DNA from: Curvularia clavata
Lineage: Eukaryota
Assembly: GCA_023920165.1 (NCBI GenBank)
Contig: CP089279.1
Location: 434,001 to 498,000, forward strand
Length of the DNA: 64,000 nt
Direction: 5' to 3'
Part shown: positions 39,132 through 51,346 of the stretch, piece by piece
Numbering within the stretch: position 1 is the first letter of the stretch
How the letters are laid out: every line of letters begins with the position of its first letter
Notes under the pieces: model-generated
Database searches by the model: none
What the model saw: only the letters and a program-made list of their open reading frames with translations
Told to the model about the DNA's origin: nothing
Translations under genes and position numbers: made by a program

Positions 39132-41365
39132 ATGCTTGTACCTCATCCTTTCGATCCTCTGTCTCCGTCCGAAATCTCCGAAGTAAGACAGATTGCTCAT
39201 CCCAAAGTTCTATGCTAACAGCAAACCGATAGGCGGCGAAAATCGTGCGCTCGCATTATGGGGAACAAGATGTGAATTTTAGAGTGATTACTCTGAAGGA
39301 GCCTCCAAAAACAGAAATGATAATCTTCCTCGATCATGAACACCGCAAGGTTCCCGCACAATGGAACACCATTCGTGTCGCCCGTGTCGAGGTTACTCTT
39401 ACGACAGCTGCAGGAGACAATGAGCTGCATGAAATTCATGTAGATCTTGTCAAGAAAGTTGTCCGTCAGCACCAGGTCATCAAGGGGAAACATTCTTACA
39501 TTGATTCTACGTATATGAAAGACGTTGAAAAGGCATGCATGGCAAATGAAAGGGTGCAAGATGAGATACGGAAGCTTGATTTGCCTCCCGCGGCGTCTGT
39601 CGTCGTTGAACCGTGGGCATATGCGACTGACGGCCAGAATGATATGTCGAAGCGTGTTACTATGGTACTATCGAACCTTACATTGTGAAAAATCATTCTT
39701 ACTAATGTTAACCTTAGTGTTGGTTCTACCTTCGTCTGTTGGATCACCAGGATGCGAACTACTATGCTTACCCTCTCGACATTTGCGCAGAGATTTCAGA
39801 GGATCTTGAGGTTACCAAAGTATATCGCCTCCCCTCCTCCCCAGATGAGCAAATTCACAGCGAACCCCGCCGGTTTGATCGTCGCAAAATACATTCAGCA
39901 GTCGCAAGTGAATATCATCCTGATTTACGACCAAGCCCCCGCAGTACTACCAAACCGTACCAAGTAGTCCAACCAGATGGACCATCGTTCGAGGTTCGCG
40001 GCAATCAGCTGAACTGGGAAAAGTGGTCATTCCGGGTGGGTTTCAACTATCGAGAGGGCTTGACCCTCCATGACATTCGTTATGATGGTCGTAGCCTCTT
40101 CTACCGTCTCTCTCTAGCCGAAATGTTTGTACCTTACGGCGACCCACGTGCACCCTATCCGAGGAAAGCGGCGTTTGACCTGGGTAACGATGGCGCTGGT
40201 ATCAATGCAAACAATTTGAAGCTTGGGTGCGATTGCCTCGGTAAGCCTCCAGCCTTGCCAATTTTCAATGAGGGCCAATCTAATCAAAGTTGTGAATACA
40301 GGTACGATCAAATACTTCGATGCATGGCACAACACGCGAGACGGAGAACCAATGAAGCTACCCAATGTAATTTGCTGCCACGAACAAGACGATGGGATTC
40401 TATGGAAGCATACAAACTTCCGTACCGGACATGCAGTGGTGGCCCGATCTCGGATTCTGGTGTTGCAAACTATTATTACGGTCAGCAACTACGAGTACAT
40501 TTTTGCCTTCCACTTTTGTCAAGACGCATCAATATTCTACGAGGTGCGTGCCACAGGCATTTTATCCACAGTGCCCCACAACTACGGAGAGCAGAAGAAG
40601 ATCACGTACGGAACCATTGTTGCGCCTGGAGTCCTTGCCCCGTATCACCAGCACCTATTTTGTCTTCGAATCGATCCTGCTATTGATGGCCAGAACAATT
40701 CAGTATTGATTGAGGAGTCCGTACCAATGGCACTGAACGAGAATAATCCTTTCGGGGTGGGCTATACGTCCAAGTCCCAGTTTATCGAAACGGAAGGTGG
40801 CTTCGATCTAGACTTTACGACAGCGCGAACATACAAGTTCGTCAACGAGGCAAAGATAAATCCTATCACAAATACACCTGTTGGCTTTAAGCTCATGCCA
40901 GTTTATAGCCAGATGCTTCTTGCAGATAAGAACTCTTTCCACGCAAAACGTTCAGAGTATGCGCAGCATGCCGTATGGATAACCAAATATCGAGACGACG
41001 AGCTGTATCCTTCAGGCAAATACACAATGCAGTCCATGGGCGGAGAAGGCATTGCTTCGGCGATCCAGAAACGAGCCACAGAGGGCAATCAGGATTGTGT
41101 TAGGAACAGTGACGTGGTTGTCTGGCACACGTTCGGTTCTACCCACAATCCACGTCTTGAAGACTGGCCGGTAATGCCTAATGAGAAAATGATAGTGGGA
41201 CTGAAACCTGTCAATTTCTTCCTTGGAAATCCGGGCCTGGACGTTGAACCCTCGACCCAAGAAAAGAATAAAAGTAGTCTGTATACAGAGGAGGATTTGA
41301 AGTCAGATTGCTGCACTTCGAGATTGTATGATGAAGGGCCAGAAACAGGACCTTCAGTACTGTAA
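39132..41365 (+). CDS. Copper (TPQ) amine oxidase, ~689 aa
   Basis: Introns 39183-39232, 39665-39717, 40241-40301. HPFDPLS start, AFDLG (catalytic Asp), TVSNYEY TPQ consensus, HQH and THNP Cu ligands, EDWPVMP. Confidence 0.93.
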
Positions 41366-42528
41366 CTACACCCTTATTTGATTCGATGTTGACTTAGTTC
41401 GTCTTTTTCTATTTAGAAATAAATACACGTTATCTTGTTGATCAAGCGCTTTAGTGAAGATTTGTCACCCAGCCTGCCACCGTCTTGGGTGAGGAAGTCG
41501 ACTGCCCTAGGCGTGCTCGGCTCTTGGCGTCCAGACGTGTGTGGACTTCAGATGTCTAATTCCCAATTTACTACAGACAGATTGCCGGAGCCCCACATTT
41601 TGCGACCTGTTGAGTAGCATTGGATGCCAAAGAGTAGCGTTTCTCTGCGCTTCCGGCGCCCCACATACGCGCTTCTTCTTTTTTTTAGCTGCAATACTAG
41701 TAACTATGGCTAGTTATAAGGAAGATGCAAGAGATATAATTAAGATAATACAGGCTTTTATCGGTAAAGCATTTGAAAGCTATATGGTAGTCCTCCTAAA
41801 GGTACGGATTAAGAGGCATAACCATAATATCAATAAACTCTGTAACTAGTTGGGGGTCCTGTTCTATAGATAATAGCATCTGTCTCTAACTATCACAGGT
41901 GAGTGAAGCGTGTTATGCTCTTAGCTTGGCGATAGTAAAATGTAGGGTGGGTGTTATTTTGCACTCTGTGGTTTCTTTTCCCACCGGTTTTGCCACAAGC
42001 GTGGAAGGTTAACCTAAGGAACGCCAAAACAAAGATGTTTGTAAAGAGTATATAGCCAACACGAAAGATGTCGCTGCTGATTGAATCGTTTTGGGGTTGG
42101 GCCCGCAGCCAAGGAACATAGCCACTCGGACATAGTCCTGCTTGACTTGGCCATGGGGTCCAAAACGCCCTTGTTCGCGTGTCGGCATACATCGCTCGCA
42201 ATCTTCCATCAGGGGCCAGCAACGCATTGTATTTTATAAGCGCCGTATCGATACAAGGCTGAGCATGACTGATGTTCCTCATCTTTCCATTTTTTGGTGA
42301 TCGATCCGCAGGACCCCGGAAGAATTTACTCCGCTCCAGTTGCACCGCCCCCAATGGCTCGCCTGAAGGTGGAGTCCTACGCCCAAATACATCTTGCTTG
42401 CTGGCCGTGACATTCAGTACTCTCACTCTCGCATGCCAAATTCTAATATCATGCACTGCCTTGGACAGGTGCAGTGAACGCTCACTCGATCCTCACGTAG
42501 TTGGTAGTTCTCCGTCAGAACCAAAAGT

Positions 42529-44827
42529 ATGGTCACCAACAATCCAACGGAAGAGAATCAGTTATTAGAAACACACGTAAGAATTTGCGACTTTAACCAT
42601 GTTGCGTAACGAAGACAAACTGAGTTCACTCCTCTAGCATGGCAATGTTACCGAACAGAATCATATGCATCTCAAGCGCCACTACCCTGCTATTTGGCTA
42701 GTGATTATCTATCTGCCGCTTGTTACTTTGCCATGGATTGCAACAGTACTCCTTTCATATCGCCCGTTTTCCAGATCAACATATTACTATCCAAAAGGCT
42801 TCGATGCGACTGAGCACAAGCAGATGCAGAGATGGGTCACGACTATCTACGTACTAAACTCTATTGCTAGCACACTCGCACTACCAATTGTTTCGTTCGT
42901 GATCGCTCAAACAGCAGTCGTGTTTAGTCAGAAACGTCCATCAGAGCGCCAGTTGAGCGTGCGAGATATATTTGCCTTCGCAGACCGTGCATGGCTTGAT
43001 ATTAGTGTTTTGCTCAAGCTTATTCGGGCAAAGGGGCGTGGATCAAGAGCATTCAACGCCTTCACTGCTTTGGCTTCAGGCCTTCTTTTCATTAGTAAGT
43101 TTGTTGACCTTGTTTCATATGCAACAGCCTACCTTCAATCAGTTCTCTTAATGGATGCGTGAAAGATTTTAATGGTTCCAGGTGCCCTACAGCCTCCTTT
43201 GTATCAACTTTTGGTTGATTGGAAGAGCATCCAGGTACCGTCTGGAAAGGTAAAGATTGAGCAGATTTCTGCTGGTACATGGATCAATTACTACGACAGG
43301 GTGTCCTTGGGTAGGGATGCTGAGCCTGCTACAATGGAGATGATTCCTCACGCTACAGTTGTGGACAATGTCCAATTCGACCTACAATCGATCCAGGCGC
43401 GTGCTGCCCAACCTTACATGTGGATCGACTTCAACAGAACGGATCCCTCAAGAGTTGCGGCGGAAGATCTATCAATTCGACAAGGAGATGCACAAAACAA
43501 CTGGGCCAATATTCAATTGAACAGACTTCCAACTTTTTTCGCAGCGTATCCTTTCAATGTGACGACAGGGACTATGCGATATCACGCAATGCGCTTCAAC
43601 TCAACGGTCAGTTGCAATGCCGTATCTAGGGATTTGTTTCCTTCGATTTGCCCTGGGGAAAAACCTTACATCACTTCTTTTGAAGTGCGAAATGTGAACA
43701 CCTCGGTTGAAGTTCAGATTTGCGTGCCCGGAAAATGGGGATCCTCTCCATGGACGTTGAGTCGTAACAGACAAGATATTGGTGAAGAGGTATATATTCA
43801 GAGCTCGGTGGATAGAAACTCGTCCACTATTCACTGCTCTTCCGCGACGACGAGGGGCTACTTCGAACTTGGTAACTACAGAACCAATGGCGCGTACGGA
43901 CAACTATTGGAGTATTGGCCATCATCTGGTATTATAAAAGAACATTTCAACGATCTAGGAACGTACTGCTTGACCAATAGCACAGTCCAGTGTGAGCAGC
44001 GGACATACATTCCTTCAGAGCGGTAAGCTCCACGCCTCAAGGCCTAGGACGATAACTGATATCGAAATAGAGATCCATACATAAGCAACGCCATAGGATG
44101 GACTCCAGATGAGCCAGAGTATATGCGCTGGAATGCGTCGGGCCCTCTGGTAACATCTATCATGGCGCTCTTCGGGGAGAGCTCTTGGATTCGTACAGCT
44201 TCCAACCTCACCTCGACGATGGCTGACTCAACGACCGAATCCACACCCGTGCCAATTTGGTGGAACTCAATCTGCGAAAGTCAACCTCTGTACCGGGATA
44301 ACTTCAATCGCACTGATATCCACCAGTGCATATCTGGCCGAAGACCCCGCGAGGTAGTGGCGGACTGGCTCGATAAATACTTGAAGTCTAGTGACACGTT
44401 GGAAAGCCTTGTTGAGGAAGGCGTAATGCTTGCGAATAAGGCAGTCCTCACTGTACACAAGGATACTCGAGCACCACGTCAGCTTTGGAATGCAGGCGGA
44501 CGAGGTATCTCTTCCAGCTCCGGATATTCGGTCCTGAAGCCGAACGTATCGCTTGCCTCCATTGTCGTCATCTCGACGTTGCTTGTACTTCAAGTCGCTG
44601 GCCTTATGTTCTGCGTGATTCTTGTCGCGCGTACACCAACGTGGACAAGAGTATTCAATGCGATGGCCATTGCGAGAATTGGAGCTGGTCTGGAGAAAGA
44701 TACATTGCCGGCCGACGGGAAGTATGCAGAGGATGAAGACTATGAGAAGCTGAGAACGGTTAACGTACCACTTAGTATGATGTCTTCGAATGGGTTTAGA
44801 CAGCGCAGGATCTCTAAAGAACCATGA
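42529..44827 (+). CDS. Uncharacterised fungal multi-pass membrane protein with large Cys-containing luminal domain (~700 aa)
   Basis: Exons 42529-42576, 42638-43094, 43182-44022 and 44071-44827 join in frame. About 3 N-terminal TMs, several N-x-S/T sites, TRGYFELGN and GPLVTSIMALFG motifs, and a C-terminal TM. Confidence 0.72.
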
Positions 44828-44973
44828 CTATTTATCTATCATAAGAATAGAATTCATGTAGAATACCAAGTAAGAATCCTATTAGGCTGCTGAGATCTGT
44901 CCCCAAGGTTTTGAGATTTGTCTCTAACGCTGCTTATACCTGTTCACCTGAGTATTCTGTTCCTATCTACCTT

Positions 44974-45171
44974 ATGGCATTATTGATCTCAATCACTTTA
45001 ATTACTCTTGTTTTTGCTAGTCTGGCTTCAGCGGGACCAGCGGCCTACGAATCATGTTAGGTGGGCTACTCTGCGGTAGTTACGGCCTGCTACTCTGCAG
45101 CTGGATTTACCTGGGATGCCACTTTTGGCGCTTCCGCACCTGCTAGCATTATTGCATGCAATGCTGCCTTT
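44974..45171 (+). pseudogene. Decayed small secreted Cys-rich protein gene (GPxxYGxCQxGC...ACY...CNxAF family)
   Basis: MALLISITLITLVFASLASAGPAAYESC*VGYSAVVTACYSAAGFTWDATFGASAPASIIACNAAF; TAG at 45058-45060; the expected C-terminal Cys residues are missing. Confidence 0.7.
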
Positions 45172-47019
45172 GTACTAGGAGTGAAAATCCTCGGTTATGG
45201 CGTTGCCGCGGCTGTAGGCATTGACGGCCCCCTTCCTCTGTTTGTTTTCCTCGTCATTGTCAGTGTTTACATTAGGGTAAAAATAAATCCAAACAGCAAG
45301 ATACTGAACCTACCACGGGTAGAGGCCTGGGCCGTAAACGCCTACTTTCTGTTACACCCAATTTCGTAGGGGGACGCTATCATTCTTATCTGCAATATGG
45401 CACACACTATAGCGCAGTGGTGTTTGAGTGAAGCCGGTTTCGCTAAAGACTGTATCTTGTTGCGACTCGTTCTGCAAAGAGATGATGGTGTTTTGCTGAC
45501 TGGGACCAGCATCGACATAACACACCACCCTGATCTTGCCGGCTGACAAATATACGTTAACTAGTTAACTCACGATGAGTGATTATGTGAGAAATGTGAG
45601 ACCATCCTTTGCCTTTCGAACATGGCACTATCGCCAACTGGAAGTACCGACTAGAATGGCGAGGCTGCATAACATTGCGTGTTACAGCAGCTACAAGGCT
45701 AGTATGACTTTATTGCTCGAGTGTAAGGTTTTTCCAATTAGTGAGAATGTTCCTGACCCTGCCAATACTTCTAAAAGCCTTGTGGTGCTGCTCAATCGAA
45801 GCTGGATCGTTCTGGTCGTGATTGGCTCACTCTGCGTATTAGGCGTAATAGCGACTATGCGACAGTAATTTATTTGATATAACTGGATGTAAGTGCTCGT
45901 AGGAAGCTATAGTATATTATCTACAAAGGCTATAAAAGATTCCTATGTGTGGAAAGAGTAATACTCGCTCGAAGTCGAGGTACCTCGCTTGTTTTCCGTT
46001 GCAGGGGGGTTTCCTGGAGTAAGGGATGGATAGTAGTAAGTATTCAACGAATAAAAACCCCATACTCAATCTGATGTTGTACAAAGGAGATTTGAATGTC
46101 CATATACATAATTGTACCAAACTAACAGGACTCTTGCAACGGCTAACAGCACAATCCCTGCTCATAAATCACATGGTAGTCAATCAAACAACCTGGTGCG
46201 GAGTCCTAGAATCCGCGCCAACACCTTCCTCTACATCTACAGACCTCAAAAAGGTCCCATAGCTACGAAATAGCCAGTCTCGGCGTCTGTCCCGCGGAAA
46301 TGCATCAGTCGCTAACGGACGGCTGCGCTCATATCCAGCTAGCACGAGGGCAAGCAAGACTAGCAGCAGGATCACGACGAGGAGCATCGCGAGATAGATT
46401 CCGAAATTGCTTTAGAGAGCATGTCTAGAATTTTGGGAAGTTGGATGGGAAATGAGAGAGAAAGTGAGCATGTAAGTAGGGACGGGGGGAGCGATCGAAT
46501 AGAAATTAGAGTAGGAGGGGGTTGAGACATTGTGAAAGGTTACTGTATGTGATATGAACAGTGTTTTTGATTTCACGGTGATTAATTAAAGTGGAATGTA
46601 TGAGTATAAGACGCTTTGTTAAATGTTTTACAATAATCAGTAGACGGGGCGGAAATGAGATCGAGATTGCCTAGGATGAATGACCACCTTGTATCTTTCC
46701 TTTTTCATTCTGACGCTGGGATATGTAAGATTTTGAGAGCACCTTTCGCGCAAAAAAAGCCCTGTCCATGTTTTAGTTCTTGTGCTTAGGTAGTTACCGG
46801 CGTTTTTCTCAGAGTCAATTGTTTGGCTAGCAAGCATCTAATTAGAACCCGTCTGGGCATTCTTAGTGAACATAGCACTGGTCGCTGGGGATATGTCGCG
46901 GTTCAGTTTCCGATGCAATTATACTAAGTACCACAGTATTGGCTTTCTTAACGAGAAGCTCTCAGGGCCTAGGAGGTTTGCTTCATTTTACAGTGATGAG
47001 AGGATATCAATACCTGCTA

Positions 47020-48181
47020 TTACACAGGCAAAATACCTGGCGCAACCCAGTCCTCAGATTCGCAGTACTTTTTCAAGCTCATCGTCGGTACCTTGACACC
47101 CATCTGAGGTAAAATTTGTTAGCTGAGTGGCTCCAAGTGGTACAAAAAGGCTGTTCGTGCTCACCTTTTCTAGATCCCATGCCATCAGCGTGTCCTTCTG
47201 ACTCGCATTATACCCCCACTTACTCGAAAACTCAAACATCTCTCCAATCTCTTTGCCCGCGCCCCCAGGTATCTGTTTGTCGAAATCTTCGACGCTTACT
47301 TGCTTGTAGCTAGTCTTAACCCCATTTACCTCACCCCAGGTCTTGATCCAATCAGGCCATGTGCACCACTCACTCGCTGCCATGACCGTTGATTGCGGAG
47401 GTAGCTGCAGCATCGCACGCACAAACGACCCAACATCAGCTCGGGGATTGAGATGAGGTAGCACAACATCTGGGGCAGTCGGAGACTGCATTTGGACCGA
47501 TCCATCTGGAAGCTGCTGGAAATATTAGCAACACTACACTCTACACCTCCAGCAGCTCTATCCTGGGAAGAAATGAAATGGCCGAGAACAAACCTTTGCA
47601 AACCAGCGCTGTGGCATATACCTCCAACTAGTATAAAAATACCCCGTATGCAGATAACTCGTCTTCTTCGCTAATTCTGGATACTTCTCCGCCAAATATC
47701 CTGGAAAGACATCCGCTTTAGCATCGAAATGGTACAACTCCTTGTACCGCCCCTCACTGCTCTTCTCCGCCTGACACAGCGTACTTGCTACAAACCCAAC
47801 CTCATCCAGCCCATCGACCACACGAGCGACAGCATCAACGATGTTCTTACCCTGCTCGAGCTCTAGCTCGTACGCGTATCGTCGGATCGTTTTCCCCAGC
47901 TCTTTTGCACGCGCCTGGTTCGCAGGGTTGAAAAACGGAGTCCAGAAATCTGTTACGCTGAAGACGAGATTGGCATCTTTGAAGGCAGTAGCTAAGGATG
48001 AGGGGTCGTGTAAATCTGCCTGGACCATTTCTACGCCCCGGGCTGCAAGGGCTTGTGAGGCGGCGGATTGCGGGTCTCGTGTTAAGCCTCGAACGCGCCA
48101 TGCTGAATCGAGAAGGAATGTAGAGGCTACAGAGGAACCTTGGTTTCCTGTTATACCGATAATGACGATGAGTTTGGTCAT
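47020..48181 (-). CDS. NmrA-like (NMRAL1/HSCARG-type) NAD(P)-binding protein, 339 aa
   Basis: Introns 47513-47593 and 47104-47164. GITGNQG, VRGLTRDP, VFSVTDFW, HFDAKA motifs. Confidence 0.88.
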
Positions 48182-48606
48182 TTTTGGAGAGTTGAGGGCT
48201 CGGGAGTTTAATGTGGTTTTTTCTTATTTTTGGTGCTGGGGACGAAGATGAGGTTGGAAGGATGGGCTTAGCTGTGGGGAGACTCAGCCGAAAATTGAGT
48301 ACGTAGGTACCCCGCGCTGTCTCTTGGAGAATAAGGCGTACGCTTTATATACATGCGTTTGCAGCAGAGCTGTGAGTCATAGTCTAATCTTACATCTTCC
48401 GGTCAATCTTCATGTTGACTAGGGCGATGTTGTTGTGGAGACTCTCGTATGTGATGTTATCGAGGGTGGCCTGATTCGCAACTTTTAGGTACCAGGCCGG
48501 CTAACAACCTTTCCTTTGCAGCACTCTCAAATACAGAAGGTTGCTATCGTTGACTATTGATTAGATATACCTATTGCTACTCGATCAATAAGGCACCCGC
48601 AGGGTA

Positions 48607-50442
48607 TCATCTTCCATTGACCCCAGTAGCGCCGTTCAGTCCATTCACTTTGTCTCTCCCAGGCACAGGTACCATACTTCCCAGTCGACCCTCCTCCTCT
48701 ATTTTCTTCTGCCACGGAAGCATATCTCTGGCTGGTTCGGCCGGACCAACCTCACCTCCATACTTCCTTTTCTCAGCCCACTCGTCAAGATCCTTCTGTT
48801 CGACAAAATTCCCATGCAAGCCCAATCGGAGTTTTACAGGAAGATGAACGATTGCAAGCGGGCCCTGAGCGAGATTCTGCGCATCAAATATCAGAATATC
48901 GTTGCGTAGAACGTCGAGATGATTCAAAAGCGCCATGATATATCCCTCTCCTTCCTTGAAGTCCGCTGAAGAAGACTCTTTAGGCACAAAGACAGGTTCT
49001 TGAAAAGTGCATGTCGGGCCAGCCCAATACACGTCTTGTCTACCCGTATCCCATTCAAAGTGGCCGAGCACGTTGAATAGCCCCCCGGCAGGTGGGCCGC
49101 ACTTTGCGATGTCGTAGGGTTTACCTCGATCAATGTTACATTGCCAGAAGTGATTGTACTTCTTTGTCAGCACCCTGTCGTCAATGCGGGAAAATTCTCC
49201 ATTATTCCCAAAGAGCTTATGTGGCTGAACTCGCGTGTTAGCGGGCGAATGCGGATCAAATGCCCAACGATAGGTATCGGAGACGAGCTTGTTGGGCCGG
49301 AGAAGAGTGCTCGGAGCGTCCGTCTCGGTGTCTGGAGGGAAAAAGTAGAAGACGTTATCCGAGGCTACGGTTAAGTCGACCACTATCTTCCCATCCGAGT
49401 CTTCATAGGAGCCAGCTACGTGGCCATGAAAGCCTGGCATTGTTAGGGCATACATCTAAGTTTCAACAAATATCTTACCATTGTCCGCGCGTAGCCACAC
49501 TATGTCTTCCGGCTTTCCATTCCGACGTGGTACGATACCATACCACTGATCTTCGTTTGGATCCCAAGCAAAGTGATTGCCACCTTTTTTAAGTCTCTCC
49601 GTGTTGACTTTGAGCGGAGTCAAGGGTAAGATCAGATAATTCTTCGTGATCGCGCAGTCATGAATCATCCCGCAAAACGGCGCTTTATACCAGCACTCCT
49701 CAGTCTTCTTTCCTTCTTTCGAAATCGTGTACACGACAATGTCGCAGCTAGCGTCATGTCCGTCACCTCCAGCTTCGTAGCCGTAGCAAACCATTTCTCC
49801 GGTGTCTGGGTCAAACTTGGGATGCGCAGTAAAAGTCGGTGATTGAACTTGGCCGTCAAAATCGTAGCGGCCAATGGTTTCGAGTGTGATTGGATCCATG
49901 GCGAACGGTGGGCCATCTTCCTTCATTGCGAGAAGAACACCTCGCCAGAAGATGATATTGGTGTTTGATGCAGTCCTTATGATGCCTCTTACCATCTCAT
50001 TGTCGGTATAAGGGTTTCTATACCGACCGAGCAACGCACGGCGTGCTTTTGTCTCCGCTTTGAAGCGATCAGTGTGTACATATCGCTGTCGAAAGTCGAC
50101 ATGGCCGTTCTCAAATCGGAAGGCTGAGACTGATCCGTCTCCATTAAAGTGTGTGTCCTCTTCGAATAGTGGCGGAAAGCGATGGTCTGGCTGTATGCGA
50201 AAGAAAGTGCCATTGATATCTTTCGGAATCTATGGCGGCTAAGGTTGAAGCTCTGTAGTTAAATATAATGCCCGACTTACTGTGCCGGTAGTCTCCAGCT
50301 CAAGGATATCTGCCTCAAGACGTGATGGCTTGTTGAAGCCGTTGAAGAACCCACTATCTGGGAATTTGACTTCATCACCACACTTCTTGCCTGCTTGATA
50401 AGCGGCAGGTGCCGGAAAGGCAAGGGAAAAGATGTGTGCCAT
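48607..50442 (-). CDS. Stilbene-cleaving (lignostilbene/resveratrol-type) dioxygenase, carotenoid oxygenase family, 579 aa
   Basis: Introns 50230-50280 and 49434-49478. FNGDG, four Fe-ligand His (TAHPK, MIHD, HGHV, LHG), [13 protein letters not shown] and MKEDG carry the Tyr/Lys pair typical of 4-hydroxystilbene-cleaving enzymes such as NOV1, LSD and CAO-1. Confidence 0.9.
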
Positions 50443-50567
50443 GGTATGCCCCCACTCTCTCCAATCTTGGTAACTGCCAGTACTTCTTCTATGGATTCTT
50501 GGATGCTGATTTTTGAAGTAAGCAGCCAATTCTTGAGTGATAACTAACAAACTATGAATTGCCGTGC

Positions 50568-50610
50568 CTGGGGTTGGTAGGAATGGATGTGGGGTGCTTC
50601 ACTTGCGGGG
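50568..50610. promoter_or_regulatory. Three clustered CreA/Cre1-type SYGGRG sites upstream of the dioxygenase
   Basis: CTGGGG 50568-50573, GTGGGG 50589-50594, GCGGGG 50605-50610. Confidence 0.45.
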
Positions 50611-50642
50611 TAACTCCCGGATGCCCATGGGTCCATGTAGGT

Positions 50643-50658
50643 CGGAGTGATGGAACCG
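50643..50658. promoter_or_regulatory. Candidate Zn2Cys6 site CGG-N10-CCG (dioxygenase promoter)
   Basis: CGG AGTGATGGAA CCG, ~200 bp upstream of the ATG. Confidence 0.45.
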
Positions 50659-51346
50659 CGTAGCATCGACGGCGGCTTCACTTCTGCGATCAGATGATCA
50701 TATTAGCCGGGCATGGCGCTGCATCGTTTCCTAATTGCCGCGTCACCGTATGTAGATAGTATGGATATTCCCAAAACCTTACACTAGATGCTGAACTTGC
50801 ATGGTCCAGAGTTAATCAGCTAGAAACCCACGACTTGTGATATGTAAATTGACACGATATTTCACCTACCATATAATACCTCAACCCTCCCTTCATAATT
50901 GAATAGTATTCGGGACTGAAATTATCGGGCCAATCACTTGCCCCACATATTTGTATTCAGTCAAAAATCACCAAACGTTTTGCGGTATTGTGATTCCTGA
51001 TTAACAATATCAAAAAGTTAGAGTCTTGATATTTCACATCTACACATTTAAATTACGTCGCTCGCCAGAGGAATGTAGGGTTGTTACTTAGATAATGTGT
51101 TGAGAAGGTAGCAAATATGCTTTCGGGTGCTTACTCTTTCTAAAAGAAGGTATTCAGACTCGGTAGTAACTCTCTAGAGCATCAAATCTCTTCAGTCCAG
51201 TAGAACATGAGAATGTCGACCCAAATAGTATAGCCATGTCTATAAGGCGATACAATCGATGCTATCTCCCACAAAAGAAACATTCGTGACTAAACTCGTT
51301 AAACTAACGGAGACATGGCCATAAACACACTGTTTTGCAGTCGCGT

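Noticed and set aside
42272..42664. Stops in frame upstream of ORF 42665, suggesting a pseudogene
   Set aside because: A 48-nt first exon (ATG 42529) and intron 42577-42637 give an intact gene.
46184..46387. 67-aa ORF with a hydrophobic N-terminus
   Set aside because: Short, no recognisable family, located in degenerate DNA; cannot be supported as a gene.
47020..48181. NmrA-like protein as a pinoresinol/phenylcoumaran (PIP-family) reductase
   Set aside because: Motifs GITGNQG and HFDAK fit the NMRAL1/HSCARG type rather than PIP reductases (GGTGYIG); no catalytic role was assigned.
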